This document shows positions 1 through 9,650 of a DNA stretch of 61,104 bases, piece by piece. Source of the stretch: Candidatus Omnitrophota bacterium. Its GTDB lineage: Bacteria; Omnitrophota; Gorgyraeia; Gygaellales; Profunditerraquicolaceae. The stretch is from contig JBDRKE010000016.1 in the NCBI GenBank assembly GCA_043814315.1, forward strand, positions 1-61,104, read 5' to 3'. Positions within the stretch are counted from its first letter, which is position 1; each line of letters opens with the position of its first letter. The position numbers were made by a program, and so were the translations under genes. The notes beneath the pieces are model-generated. The model was not told where the DNA came from, searched no databases, and saw only the letters and a program-made list of their open reading frames with translations.

Positions 1-2
1 GA

Positions 3-92
3 TTATTTTTTACCGGAACAACAACCGCCGCCTTTTTTCGCCAAAAATATAACAACGACAATCAAGAGAACAACCCCTAACCACATAATCAT
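3..92 (-). CDS. Unannotated 29-aa membrane peptide with Cys-rich tail (MIMWLGVVLLIVVVIFLAKKGGGCCSGKK)
   Basis: Hand translation of the minus strand. ATG at 92 has GGAGG 5 nt upstream; TAA at 5..3. One hydrophobic helix followed by KKGGGCCSGKK. Below the ORF-track length cutoff. Confidence 0.3.
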   Translation of the reverse strand: MIMWLGVVLLIVVVIFLAKKGGGCCSGKK

Positions 93-178
93 TTTTGCCT
101 CCTCAATTTGCCCGCTATAGCAGATTCAGCAAATTGATCCCGAGCATCCAGCTATTTCTTTTTAGATGCGAGGGATAA

Positions 179-811
179 TTATCTAAAAATGCCAAATAGC
201 AGGTCGATTAATCCGTAAATGACACTTTGCATCAGCGTTATCACGGGATTGAGAAGCCCCGTAAAAAGCAAAATGACCAATATAAAGAAACCGTAAGGCT
301 CAAGCCTGGAAAAACTTGCCTGGGCTGCCGGCGAGAGAAAACTCATCAGAATCTTTGAGCCATCCAGCGGAGGGATGGGAATCAGATTAAAAGCACCCAG
401 AATAATGTTAATCCTTACCACCAAAAAAAGTATAGTTGAAAAGGTCGGGTGAGAACCGATAAAGGTAAGCTGTAACAAAAATACGGCGATAATGGCAATC
501 AGTATGTTCGTGGCGCAACCTGCCAGGGAAACACAGAAGAAACCCAATCGCGAGCGCTTCAGGTTGTAATAATCCACAGGCACGGGCCTGGCCCAGCCAA
601 AACCTACAAGGAAAAGCATAAGTGTGCCGATAGGATCCAGGTGCGCCGCCGGATTCAGCGTCAGCCGGCCGTTACGCAAGGCCGTATCATCCCCAAAAAA
701 ATGCGCCACCCACCCGTGAGCCACCTCATGGGCAATCACGGAATAAAGCAGCGACACAGCCAATACAATAAAGGCTATCGGATTAATAAATAAAAGTGAA
801 ATCAATCCCAT
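179..811 (-). CDS. M50-family (site-2-protease-like) membrane zinc metalloprotease
   Basis: HEVAHG (HExxH) motif, NPAAHLDPIGT motif, polytopic hydrophobic profile. Confidence 0.85.
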   Translation of the reverse strand: MGLISLLFINPIAFIVLAVSLLYSVIAHEVAHGWVAHFFGDDTALRNGRLTLNPAAHLDPIGTLMLFLVGFGWARPVPVDYYNLKRSRLGFFCVSLAGCATNILIAIIAVFLLQLTFIGSHPTFSTILFLVVRINIILGAFNLIPIPPLDGSKILMSFLSPAAQASFSRLEPYGFFILVILLFTGLLNPVITLMQSVIYGLIDLLFGIFR

Positions 812-927
812 CTTAAAATCTCTCCTTCTTTTACTTTATTATATCATGTCCTGTCAAACTACCAAATCATTTTATAGGAGCTCTTGCGAACTGCCCCTGT
901 CCTTTTCTCGCTTGAGGTCGCTCATCT

Positions 928-1009
928 CAAGATCCTCTTTAAGATCGGGTCTTGTAACTTTGTCTTGTAACTCCTTGCCTATCAAAGCATTTCAAGACCC
1001 GGTCTTGAA
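928..1009. repeat. Cluster of CAAGA(T/C)C(G/C)G(G/A)TCTTG palindromic words (family C)
   Basis: tcaagatcc at 928-936, aagatcgggtcttg at 941-954, ttcaagacccggtcttgaa at 991-1009. Related words occur at 12005-12017 and 48924-48978. Confidence 0.7.
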
Positions 1010-1028
1010 TAGTAGGAATCTTTAAGCT

Positions 1029-2876
1029 TTACTTCTTGATTCTTAAGAAGCGGGCGTTGATGGCCACGATGACCGTGCTTAAAGACATAAGCACAGCGCC
1101 CAGGGCAGGGCTTAAAATGATTCCCCACTTATAGAAGACTCCCGCTGCCAAAGGAATCGCAAATGAATTGTACCCGGTCGCCCATACCAGGTTCTGGACC
1201 ATTTTCTTATAGGTGGCGCGTGCCAACCCGAGGATAGCTACGGCATCCATGGGATTGTTTCTCACAAGGATGATATCTGCGGCCTCAACGGCCACATCCG
1301 TCCCGGCGCCTATGGCAATACCCACATCTGCCTGTGCTAAGGCAGGCGCATCGTTTACGCCGTCGCCAGCCATGGCGACAATCAAGCCTCTCTGCTGAAC
1401 TTCCTTGACCTTCAAAGCTTTTTCCTGAGGCAGGACCTCTGCAAAATATTCATCCAGGCCAATTTCTTGCGCTACCCACTGCGCCACTTCTTTTTTATCG
1501 CCTGTGAGCATCATGCACCGGATCCCCATCTCTTTAAGTCTGGAGACCGCGTGTTTGGATTCAGGCCTGATCCTGTCAGCAAGAGCTATAGCGCCTTTAA
1601 GCTCTGCGTCTATCATGACAAAAACAATGGTCTTGCCCTGCGAAGAAAGCTTATTAATCCTATCGTCATTCACGGTTATATTTTTTTCTCTTAAGTAACC
1701 GGGGCTGACGACTTGTATCTCTTTGCCGTTAACCCTTCCTTGCGCTCCTTTTCCCGTAATGGCTTTAAAACCCTCAGTGGGAAAGGTGTCTCTGGCAGAC
1801 ATGGTGATCCCTTTTGCAATAGGATGTTCGGAGCGCGCCTCAACGGATGCAGCGTATTTCAAGAGCTCATCTTCCGTTATGCCGCCCGACAAAATTATCT
1901 TATCGGTTACGCCAAAATTACCCTCTGTAAGAGTCCCTGTCTTATCAAATATGATGGCCTGAATGTTCCGGGCCACCTCAAAAGCAGCTCTGTTACGAAT
2001 GAGGAGCCCTCCTCTTGCAGCCAGGGCCGTTGAAACCGCAACCACCAGAGGAATGGCAAGGCCCAAAGCATGCGGACAGGTGATAACCATAACGGTTACC
2101 GCCCTTTCCAGCGCAAAAGCAAAATCCTTATCCATAAAGACAAGCCAGACAAATAGGGTGACGGCACCTGCCGAGAGAGCTATCAAGGTCAACCCAAGGG
2201 CTGCGCGGTTCGCCAGATCCTGAGTCTTGGATTTACTCTGCTGCGCTTCCTGTACTAAATTTATAATCTGCGATAAAAAAGAATCTTTACCGGTTTTCTC
2301 GACTTCAACCGTGAGAGACCCCTCTGCGTTCAGAGAACCACCGATAACCTGACCTCCCGATTTCTTGGACACAGGTCTGGATTCGCCAGTCAGCATGGCT
2401 TCATTAACAGCACTTTCTCCTTCAACGATACGGCCGTCCGCCGGAATCTTTTCTCCCGGCTTTACGATAATCCTGTCATTGACTTTTAATTCCTCCAAAG
2501 GAACATCCCGTATGCTTCCATCCGGCATGACTCTATGCGCATGGGAAGGCATCAGCCTTACCAGCTCCTCCAGCGCACGCGACGCGCCCATGACAGACTT
2601 CATCTCTATCCAGTGGCCAAGAAGCATGATATCCACCAAAGTCACCAGCTCCCAGAAGAATATCTTGCCGCTTAATCCAAACACAACCGCGCTACTATAT
2701 AGGTAAGCGGTTACCAAGGCAAGCGCTATCAAGGTCATCATGCCGGGCTGCTTGCTCTTAAGTTCATCCAAGAGCCCTTTAAAAAACGGGGTGCCGCCGT
2801 AAAAAAACACTAACGAAGATAAGCCGAAAAGAATATACAAATCTCCCTTAAAACCTAATCGACTCTCCCAAGCCAA
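1029..2876 (-). CDS. copB: P1B-type copper-translocating ATPase, CopB-like, main body (downstream frame of a split gene)
   Basis: TGES, DKTGTLT and GDGVNDAP motifs; CPH motif in the membrane helix (ITCPHALGLA). The apparent TTG start lies inside the overlap with the upstream fragment. Confidence 0.85.
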   Translation of the reverse strand: MAWESRLGFKGDLYILFGLSSLVFFYGGTPFFKGLLDELKSKQPGMMTLIALALVTAYLYSSAVVFGLSGKIFFWELVTLVDIMLLGHWIEMKSVMGASRALEELVRLMPSHAHRVMPDGSIRDVPLEELKVNDRIIVKPGEKIPADGRIVEGESAVNEAMLTGESRPVSKKSGGQVIGGSLNAEGSLTVEVEKTGKDSFLSQIINLVQEAQQSKSKTQDLANRAALGLTLIALSAGAVTLFVWLVFMDKDFAFALERAVTVMVITCPHALGLAIPLVVAVSTALAARGGLLIRNRAAFEVARNIQAIIFDKTGTLTEGNFGVTDKIILSGGITEDELLKYAASVEARSEHPIAKGITMSARDTFPTEGFKAITGKGAQGRVNGKEIQVVSPGYLREKNITVNDDRINKLSSQGKTIVFVMIDAELKGAIALADRIRPESKHAVSRLKEMGIRCMMLTGDKKEVAQWVAQEIGLDEYFAEVLPQEKALKVKEVQQRGLIVAMAGDGVNDAPALAQADVGIAIGAGTDVAVEAADIILVRNNPMDAVAILGLARATYKKMVQNLVWATGYNSFAIPLAAGVFYKWGIILSPALGAVLMSLSTVIVAINARFLRIKK

Positions 2877-3129
2877 AAAACTGCTGGATCATGGGAGAAA
2901 GGATAAGTATGGGCAAACTCAGGGCGAGAGAAATCCAGAAACGTTTCTTAAAATCCGCCACCATATGGATATGATGGGACGCATGGCCACCGTGATGAGG
3001 CCTGTTTTCTACGCCCAAAAATTTATTTTTACAACCCTGGCTGCAGAAATAATAAACCTTTGCGTCCTTCTCTAACTTCACGGCCCGCCTTTCATCCACT
3101 TCCATTTTACATACGGGATCCCTCTTCAC
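2848..3129 (-). CDS. copB: N-terminal fragment of the same ATPase: YHS/TRASH-type Cys motif, His-rich stretch, first TM helix
   Basis: DPVCKMEV...YYFCSQGCKNKF, then HHGGHASHHIH, then a hydrophobic helix. Ends ...GESIRF-stop, exactly where the other frame continues KGDLYILF. Confidence 0.75.
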   Translation of the reverse strand: MKRDPVCKMEVDERRAVKLEKDAKVYYFCSQGCKNKFLGVENRPHHGGHASHHIHMVADFKKRFWISLALSLPILILSPMIQQFFGLGESIRF

Positions 3130-3153
3130 AAAACTCTCCTTTTCTAAAAATCC

Positions 3154-3948
3154 TCACTCCTTAATAGCCTCCACAGACGAAGCGCTAATCCAGCCTAATT
3201 TTCCGTCAGAGCGTTTTATTTTATACCCATTTCCTGTCTTGCCTAAGATTTCCACAATGCTGCCTTCAGGAAGCTTAAAAAAGGTTGTCGCGGTTTCAAA
3301 GGGCTCAAACTTGACATCGGCTAGCTTGCTGATGACGACCGCGGCGTTGTTAAAAGTATCTATTTTCCGGTTTAAAGAAAGGGCTGCCGGCAGAAAGAGA
3401 AGCCCTAATAAAATTAGGATGGGCATGGAGAATCTTCTGAATCTTTTTAAAAACAGGTTCAGCGATAAAATCGCCATGGCCGCCATGTATAAAAACGACA
3501 AAAAATACGCCAGGCCGTTGATGCTGACTCCCGCAAACAACCTGTCTATCCATCTTTGGAACCTGCTGCCGGGAATTTCTGGCAGGCCCAGATTCAATAA
3601 ACTCCTTACATAATCGTAATTTGACTTAAGGTCGCTGTCATAGGGCATAAAAAACATGGCCCGTTCGTAATAAAGCACCGTCTTTCCAAGGTCACCCTTC
3701 TTAAAATAACTGTTGGCTAAATTGTAATACAGGTTGCCGTTTTCATAACCCTTCTTAAGTATCTTTTCATACTGAGCGGCGGCTTCTTCATAGCGGCTGT
3801 CTTTGTAGGCAAAGTTTGCTTCTATAAAAAGCTTTCGTAATTCGGAATTCTCCTGGGCCTGCGCCACAGATATGCAACTCAAGGCACACGACCCTGCCAG
3901 GAAAACGGCCAAAACCCATTGATTCAGTTTACTCTTTTTTTTCCTCAT
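3154..3948 (-). CDS. batE: BatE-like TPR / membrane / SH3b-like protein
   Basis: Signal peptide, TPR-like N-terminal half, TM segments, C-terminal GYKIKRSDGKLGWISASSVE. Last gene of a Bat-ordered operon. Confidence 0.65.
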   Translation of the reverse strand: MRKKKSKLNQWVLAVFLAGSCALSCISVAQAQENSELRKLFIEANFAYKDSRYEEAAAQYEKILKKGYENGNLYYNLANSYFKKGDLGKTVLYYERAMFFMPYDSDLKSNYDYVRSLLNLGLPEIPGSRFQRWIDRLFAGVSINGLAYFLSFLYMAAMAILSLNLFLKRFRRFSMPILILLGLLFLPAALSLNRKIDTFNNAAVVISKLADVKFEPFETATTFFKLPEGSIVEILGKTGNGYKIKRSDGKLGWISASSVEAIKE

Positions 3949-5786
3949 AGGACCTTGTTTCTCTGAAAGTAATCTATGACTTCCTGGAGATTCTTAAGCG
4001 TCTTCTCCCTATCGGCCCTGCTGAATTCCGAAGCGGCAAACCGCGCCATATCGCAATCAGAAAAGACGGACCTTAATTGATCCAGCACCTGGGGCGGGTA
4101 AGATTTGCCTTTCAGGTTATCATCGACTATACTTATGGTTATCGACTGCGAAGCGAAATGAAATTTATCTCCCAGGTATTCTTGGAGCGTCTGGAATACG
4201 GTATCGTAGAATTCTCTTGTTTTTCCCGCGCCCAGATATCCTTTGGCTTTGTTTAAGCCCTGCTTCGCTTTGCCGGGCGCTTTTAACTGGCGCGCGTATC
4301 TTATGTCTGTCCTAAGCTTCTCGGAACGCGCATGAAAACCAAAAAGCAGCAGAAAAACCAATAAAGGAAACATCTGAAGCCACAAAAACATTTTGTTTTT
4401 ATAAACAAACTCTCCCTTTTTCCTTAATCCGCCCAGCGAATCTTTGATGTACACAATATCCCTTCCTAATTTCTCCTCAAAGGCAGGCATGCCGGGCCGC
4501 GTAGACTCTATAATTTTTAATTCCTCTTCTTTTTCGGGCTTTAATACCTTGAGCGCAAAAGGCCCTTTTGTTAACGTGCGGTATTGCGCGGTTTTCGGGT
4601 CAAAGAAACTGAAATACAGCGCAGGAAGCTCCTTAACCGCGGCGTTCATAGGCAGGAGGATCTGCTCAAATATCTTGCGGCCTTTTTCCTGTTTGGCCTG
4701 AGGCTCATAGACTTTAAAATTACGGTCCGATTTTATTTCCGGCGGATTCACGGTATTAAAATTCCCCTCTCCCTTTATGATGACTTTTAAAGTCACGGGG
4801 TCAGCGACCTTGACCTCCTCAGGAGCCAAGCTTACCTCCATATCAAAGTCGCCTATCGCGCCGCTAAAGTCCTGCGGCCTGTTCTCTTCGGGGAGGGCTA
4901 GCACCGTTATGGGGATATCGGGAGATTTCAGATTTAGCGGATAAGTCTCGTATCTGCCAAAAAAATTATTAAAAAAATCAGAGCCAAAGAAATCATCAAA
5001 GGAAGAAGACGTTCCTCCCTGAGGCTCTTTTCTCACAATCAGGTTACACTTGAGAGTGGCAGGACCCAATCTGAACTCTCCGGGCCGAACACCGAACATG
5101 TTCGTATTAAACTCAATCACGTCATAACCTACGCCGTTGATAACATCCCGATACTGTTTGGGCTGGTCAAATCCGGCCAGAGACATTCCTTCATGGATTA
5201 ATTGCGGATACTCTATATCTCTGACCCCCAGCCTGTTGACATACAATTTGGCGGTTACGGGAACGTTTTCGTTCAAGTAGATTTTATTCTTTTGGGCCTG
5301 CACCCGCAAAAATATCCTGTCGCTTAAATCCTGGGCTTCTGATCCCTGTTGAGATTCAGAAGGCGCTCCTTGCACCGGCCCTTTAACCACTTCGATGTCA
5401 ATTGAGTTTGAAGAATAATTATCGTTGTTATATTCGAGTTTAAAAGGGCCTATCTTGAAAATGCCTTCTTTTGTCGGCAGCAGCGTATAAACATGGGTTA
5501 TAGAGCTGGAGACCTTTCCGTTGACGATGGACATCCTGGTAGAAGGCCCCAAATAACGCAACTGGAATCCTTCCAGGGGAGGCAGCTGCAGTGCCGGCAT
5601 ATTCTGCGTGTCGGAAAAGGTCAGATTAAGCTCCAGCGGCTCACCCAGGGAGACCTTATGACGGCCCACCGTTATTTCAAAATTAACATCCCTGGCAAAA
5701 CAGTCAAGCGTAAAGCTCAAAGCGCAAAGCGCAAAACTTAAAACTAAAAACTTTTGTTTTGAAATTTGGATTTTGGATTTTGACAT
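3945..5786 (-). CDS. batD: BatD-like oxygen-tolerance family protein
   Basis: Signal peptide, large beta-rich ectodomain, C-terminal TM plus helical tail. Position between batC and batE; 4-bp overlaps with neighbours. Confidence 0.7.
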   Translation of the reverse strand: MSKSKIQISKQKFLVLSFALCALSFTLDCFARDVNFEITVGRHKVSLGEPLELNLTFSDTQNMPALQLPPLEGFQLRYLGPSTRMSIVNGKVSSSITHVYTLLPTKEGIFKIGPFKLEYNNDNYSSNSIDIEVVKGPVQGAPSESQQGSEAQDLSDRIFLRVQAQKNKIYLNENVPVTAKLYVNRLGVRDIEYPQLIHEGMSLAGFDQPKQYRDVINGVGYDVIEFNTNMFGVRPGEFRLGPATLKCNLIVRKEPQGGTSSSFDDFFGSDFFNNFFGRYETYPLNLKSPDIPITVLALPEENRPQDFSGAIGDFDMEVSLAPEEVKVADPVTLKVIIKGEGNFNTVNPPEIKSDRNFKVYEPQAKQEKGRKIFEQILLPMNAAVKELPALYFSFFDPKTAQYRTLTKGPFALKVLKPEKEEELKIIESTRPGMPAFEEKLGRDIVYIKDSLGGLRKKGEFVYKNKMFLWLQMFPLLVFLLLFGFHARSEKLRTDIRYARQLKAPGKAKQGLNKAKGYLGAGKTREFYDTVFQTLQEYLGDKFHFASQSITISIVDDNLKGKSYPPQVLDQLRSVFSDCDMARFAASEFSRADREKTLKNLQEVIDYFQRNKVL

Positions 5787-5797
5787 TGGAATTTAAA

Positions 5798-6679
5798 CTA
5801 CCAGTCCTTTAATACGTCCCCCGCAACGCCCCTTCTTGTATCTTTAAGCCTGCCGATTTCATTTTCTTCCTGGCGCAAACCCTCTAAAAGCATTCTGGCT
5901 TCCTGCTGCGACATTTCCTTAATATCCTGTTCCCGGGCCCCTTGCTGTAGCTGTTCCTCAAGTCTTTGCTTTTCTTCTTGCTGATGTTCTTCTGAGGATT
6001 GTTTCTGCTTATTCTCCTCTTCCTGTGGCTGCTTTTCTTTTTCCTCCTGCTGTTTATCTTCCTGCTGCTCTTTTGACTGTTTCTGTGGCTGCTTTTGTTC
6101 TCCCTCCTGCTGTTTATTCTCCTGCTGCTTTTCTGGCTGCTCCTGTTGCTGCTTTTGTTCCTGCTCCTGATTCTTTTGTTGTTTTAATTTCTCTTGAAGC
6201 TCTCTTAATAACTGGTCAGCCAATTCATAATTGATTTTAGCGTCATTGTCTTTAGGGCCTAATTCTACGGCCCTTTTATAATAATGGACAGATTCCTGAA
6301 GGGATTTTACCGCCTGGTCAAGGTCCGCCTGCTGCTTAAGTTCTCCCAGCTTATACTTGGAATTTCCCAGATTAAAATTGGCCCACGCCTCCTGTTTTTT
6401 ATCCTGCGCCATAAGGGATTTCTTAAAAGAATTGGCTGCTTTTTCAAAATCGCCTTCCTTATATTCGCATGAGCCCAAATCGTAGTTTATAATAGAAGAC
6501 TCCGGGACCTGTGTCAATGCCTGATTGTATAACGAGAGCGCCTCATTGTATTTTTTCTGGCGGTATAACTTATTAGCCCTCTTCACAGTCGAAGCGGCGT
6601 CGGCAGCATAAGCCATGGATACGGCCACACAGAAAAAAAGGGCGATTAATATTAAGAGAACGGTTCTTTTCATCATCAA
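5798..6679 (-). CDS. batC: BatC-like TPR protein with long Q/E/K-rich low-complexity tail
   Basis: Signal peptide and TPR repeats. The C-terminal QEQEQKQQQEQPEKQQ... tract is encoded by imperfect ctgctg/ctcctg DNA repeats around 5950-6200. Confidence 0.65.
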   Translation of the reverse strand: MMMKRTVLLILIALFFCVAVSMAYAADAASTVKRANKLYRQKKYNEALSLYNQALTQVPESSIINYDLGSCEYKEGDFEKAANSFKKSLMAQDKKQEAWANFNLGNSKYKLGELKQQADLDQAVKSLQESVHYYKRAVELGPKDNDAKINYELADQLLRELQEKLKQQKNQEQEQKQQQEQPEKQQENKQQEGEQKQPQKQSKEQQEDKQQEEKEKQPQEEENKQKQSSEEHQQEEKQRLEEQLQQGAREQDIKEMSQQEARMLLEGLRQEENEIGRLKDTRRGVAGDVLKDW

Positions 6680-7704
6680 GCCTGTTTCGGGTCCTGTGTG
6701 AGACGGGATCTTCTATCCGTCACGAACGGTTCAAACAGAATGAGTATTAAAGCCAGGCCTAAGGGAATCTGGAACCGTTCGTCATAAAGCTTGCTGAGCC
6801 TGCTTTCAAAATCCCGCTTCTCCATTTTAGATAATTTTTCCCTATAGAGTAAGTCCAGGCCGAATTCCATGGAGGTAGAGCGTATGTAACTGCCTCCGGT
6901 AGACAAGGCTATTCTTTCCAGGACAGATTCATTGAGCCTTGATTTGACGACGTTACCCTGCCTGTCTTTCAAATAAGACCAGCTGCCGTCTTCCTGGCTA
7001 AGAGAAATCAATTCCCCCTCTTTTGTTCCTATCCCGATGCAAAAGATCGTTATACCGGCTTTTTTTGCCTCTTCCGCGGCTCTCAAGGAATCCCCCTCAT
7101 GCTCTTCTCCGTCGGTAATAATGATGAGCACCTTGTATTTGTTGAGCCCTCCCTCATAACTTCGGATGGCCTCTTTTATGGCGCTGGAAATGGATGTGCC
7201 CCCTCGGGGTATGATATTGGCGTCAAGGGCCTCTAACGAAAGAAGAAAACCGCCATAATCCACGGTCAGGGGACACTCCAGAAATGCGGACCCCGCAAAA
7301 GCAATCAATCCGACCCTGTCTCCTTTGAGGTTTCCCGTCAAATCCCGAATAGCCAATTTTGAACGCTCTAAGCGGCTTGGCTTCACATCAGCCGCAAGCA
7401 TGCTTTTTGAAGTATCCAACGCGATTAAAATATCCAGGCCGCGCCTTTTAACCTCCTGCCAGCGAAATCCCCATTGCGGCCGAAGCAAAGCCAGCAGTCC
7501 AAACAGAACAGCGGCAATGAGCATCATTGTTTTAAGCTTTTGCCTGGCGGGGTGAATCCGGTCAAGCAGCTCATTCAAAAGCTCTTTCTGGGCAAACCTT
7601 TCCAGGGCCATTTTGCGCGACTTAGAGACCCAGGCGTAAAAAACGGCTAAGGCTGCTAAAACTATCAGAAGAATAGTGAAAAAGTTCGGCTGGGCTAACC
7701 TCAT
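6676..7704 (-). CDS. batB: BatB-like von Willebrand factor A membrane protein
   Basis: Two N-terminal TM helices; MIDAS motif DTSKS within ALDTSKSML; VWA fold signature ITDGEEH. Confidence 0.85.
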   Translation of the reverse strand: MRLAQPNFFTILLIVLAALAVFYAWVSKSRKMALERFAQKELLNELLDRIHPARQKLKTMMLIAAVLFGLLALLRPQWGFRWQEVKRRGLDILIALDTSKSMLAADVKPSRLERSKLAIRDLTGNLKGDRVGLIAFAGSAFLECPLTVDYGGFLLSLEALDANIIPRGGTSISSAIKEAIRSYEGGLNKYKVLIIITDGEEHEGDSLRAAEEAKKAGITIFCIGIGTKEGELISLSQEDGSWSYLKDRQGNVVKSRLNESVLERIALSTGGSYIRSTSMEFGLDLLYREKLSKMEKRDFESRLSKLYDERFQIPLGLALILILFEPFVTDRRSRLTQDPKQA

Positions 7705-8696
7705 GGCAATTTCCTAAGATAGGTGTTGGATAAAACCATTTCCATAAGCAGGAATATCAAGCCCGGAATAAGAAAAACCGGGAACAATTCGTTATATTCC
7801 AGGTAGCCTTTATGTTCGAAGGCTGTTTTTTCTAACTTGTCGATCTCGCTGTAAATGTCCCTTAAACTTTGCGTATCCGTGGCGCGAAAGTATTTACCTG
7901 CGGTTACGGAGGCGATTTTCATAAGGGTATCCTCATCAATATCCACCTGAACCTGCTGGTACACCTTGTTGCCGAAGAAATCTCTTACCGGATAAGGGAC
8001 CAGCCCTTTGGAGCCGGCACCGATCGTGTAAATCTTGACTTTTAAGGCAAGGGCTGCTTCTGCGGCTGTCAGAGGGGCAATTTTTCCTGCGTTGTTACGG
8101 CCGTCGGTCAGAAGGATGATGACTTTGCTTTTTGCCTTCGTATCTTTAAGCCTGTTCAAAGAAGAAGCGATCCCCGAACCGATGGCTGTCCCGTCTTCTA
8201 TCATGCCGGATTTTATCCTGTCGATATTTTTAAGAAGCCAGTCGTAATCCAGGGTCAGGGGGCAGACCGTATAGGCCCTAGCGGCAAATGTCACGATGCC
8301 GATGCGGTCATTTTTTCTTGCCTTTATAAAATCCCTCACCGCATTCTTTACCACCTCAATACGGCTTTCTCTTCTGCCGCCTACTATGAAATCTTCTGCC
8401 AGCATGCTCGTCGAGGAATCAAGGACCAGCACGATATCGATCCCCTCTGCCTCGATCTTGGAATGAGCTATGGGAGACTGCGGACGAGTGAGCGCGACAA
8501 TGAGAAAGACCACTGACAATATCCTCAATAGATAAAGCCTGCGGCTTAAAACGACCCTGAGAGAACTTTTTAAGTCAGACAAAAGCTCTCCTGAGGAAAA
8601 CCGAAAACCCCCCGATTTATTCCTCCTGTGGGCATAAAAAACCGCCAGGACCGCAAACGGCAGTAATAGCAAAACAAATGGATTATGAAATGTCAC
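7701..8696 (-). CDS. batA: BatA-like von Willebrand factor A membrane protein
   Basis: N-terminal TM helices, MIDAS DSSTS, LLTDGRNN, C-terminal TM helix. Confidence 0.85.
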   Translation of the reverse strand: MTFHNPFVLLLLPFAVLAVFYAHRRNKSGGFRFSSGELLSDLKSSLRVVLSRRLYLLRILSVVFLIVALTRPQSPIAHSKIEAEGIDIVLVLDSSTSMLAEDFIVGGRRESRIEVVKNAVRDFIKARKNDRIGIVTFAARAYTVCPLTLDYDWLLKNIDRIKSGMIEDGTAIGSGIASSLNRLKDTKAKSKVIILLTDGRNNAGKIAPLTAAEAALALKVKIYTIGAGSKGLVPYPVRDFFGNKVYQQVQVDIDEDTLMKIASVTAGKYFRATDTQSLRDIYSEIDKLEKTAFEHKGYLEYNELFPVFLIPGLIFLLMEMVLSNTYLRKLP

Positions 8697-8699
8697 TTC

Positions 8700-9650
8700 T
8701 TAAGCCTCTTCCTTTGTCTGATCGATAAAATTCTGGGCGGATAGATAAACCGCATTTATCTCCTCTTCCCGAGGCATGTATTTCGCGAATTTCACCAGGT
8801 CGCAGGAGACCAAAAAATCCTTTAACAAGTCCTTATGCGTCTTAATCAGGGGCGCGGAATCCCTGACATTAGCGAGAAATTCCTCAGTTGACATTTGCGG
8901 CGCCCGGAAACGGAACCTGTTCTCCAGATAATGCCTGATAATATCCGAGATTTCTACGAAATACTCTTTTGTCTTACCCTGCCTTATGAGGTCTTTTTTC
9001 TGCAAGGCCTCCAGTTGTTCGTAGGCGATATCATGCGCGGGCCTGAGTTTGGGCCGGACGACCTGTTGAAGCGGTTTTTTGTTTATGAAGTATCTGTAAG
9101 CGAAAACAAGAATCACCGCACAGAAAACCAGAACTATTATCCAAAAAAGATTAAAGCGCGAAGGTAACTCCAACGGAGGTTTGATGTCCCGCAGTTGTCT
9201 GGCGGCGGAAGAATCCTTAAGAAGGCTCCTGACCTCAAGGGGCCGCCCGGGAATCTCATAGCTGTTCCAGTCTTTATCGGATTTTCTTTTGTATTTTAAG
9301 GTTAATTTCGGCAGAGGGATTTCGCCGATCGCGTAGGTATTAAAAATATACCAGCGAATGATTTTCTTCCTATTGAAAACCTTCCTCTCTTTTTGTCCAA
9401 AGTCTTTAAGGGCGAAGGATCCTGAATCGATATCGGTATCGGGAAATTCTATCTTTCCATCCGAGGCGGTTGATACAACAACCGTAACCTTTATATTTTC
9501 ACCCACGGTAAGGGATTTCTTATCCACTTCTGTTTTAACCGTAAGGGGAAGATTATTTCCTTTTATGTCCCGGGCTAAGACAGGTACCAAGCACCCAAGT
9601 ATCATCAAAATCAAAAAACTCAGGAGTATGCCGCGGAAGAGATTTTTCAA
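8700..9650 (-). CDS. Membrane protein in the slot usually filled by the DUF4381-type protein of Bat operons
   Basis: Signal peptide, beta-rich ectodomain, one TM helix, helical cytoplasmic tail. Sits between the DUF58 gene and batA. Confidence 0.5.
   Translation of the reverse strand: MKNLFRGILLSFLILMILGCLVPVLARDIKGNNLPLTVKTEVDKKSLTVGENIKVTVVVSTASDGKIEFPDTDIDSGSFALKDFGQKERKVFNRKKIIRWYIFNTYAIGEIPLPKLTLKYKRKSDKDWNSYEIPGRPLEVRSLLKDSSAARQLRDIKPPLELPSRFNLFWIIVLVFCAVILVFAYRYFINKKPLQQVVRPKLRPAHDIAYEQLEALQKKDLIRQGKTKEYFVEISDIIRHYLENRFRFRAPQMSTEEFLANVRDSAPLIKTHKDLLKDFLVSCDLVKFAKYMPREEEINAVYLSAQNFIDQTKEEA

Noticed and set aside
6025-6234. Plus-strand ORF and apparent tandem DNA repeat inside batC
   Set aside because: The periodicity simply encodes the Q/E/K-rich low-complexity tail of BatC on the minus strand. 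It is not an independent element.
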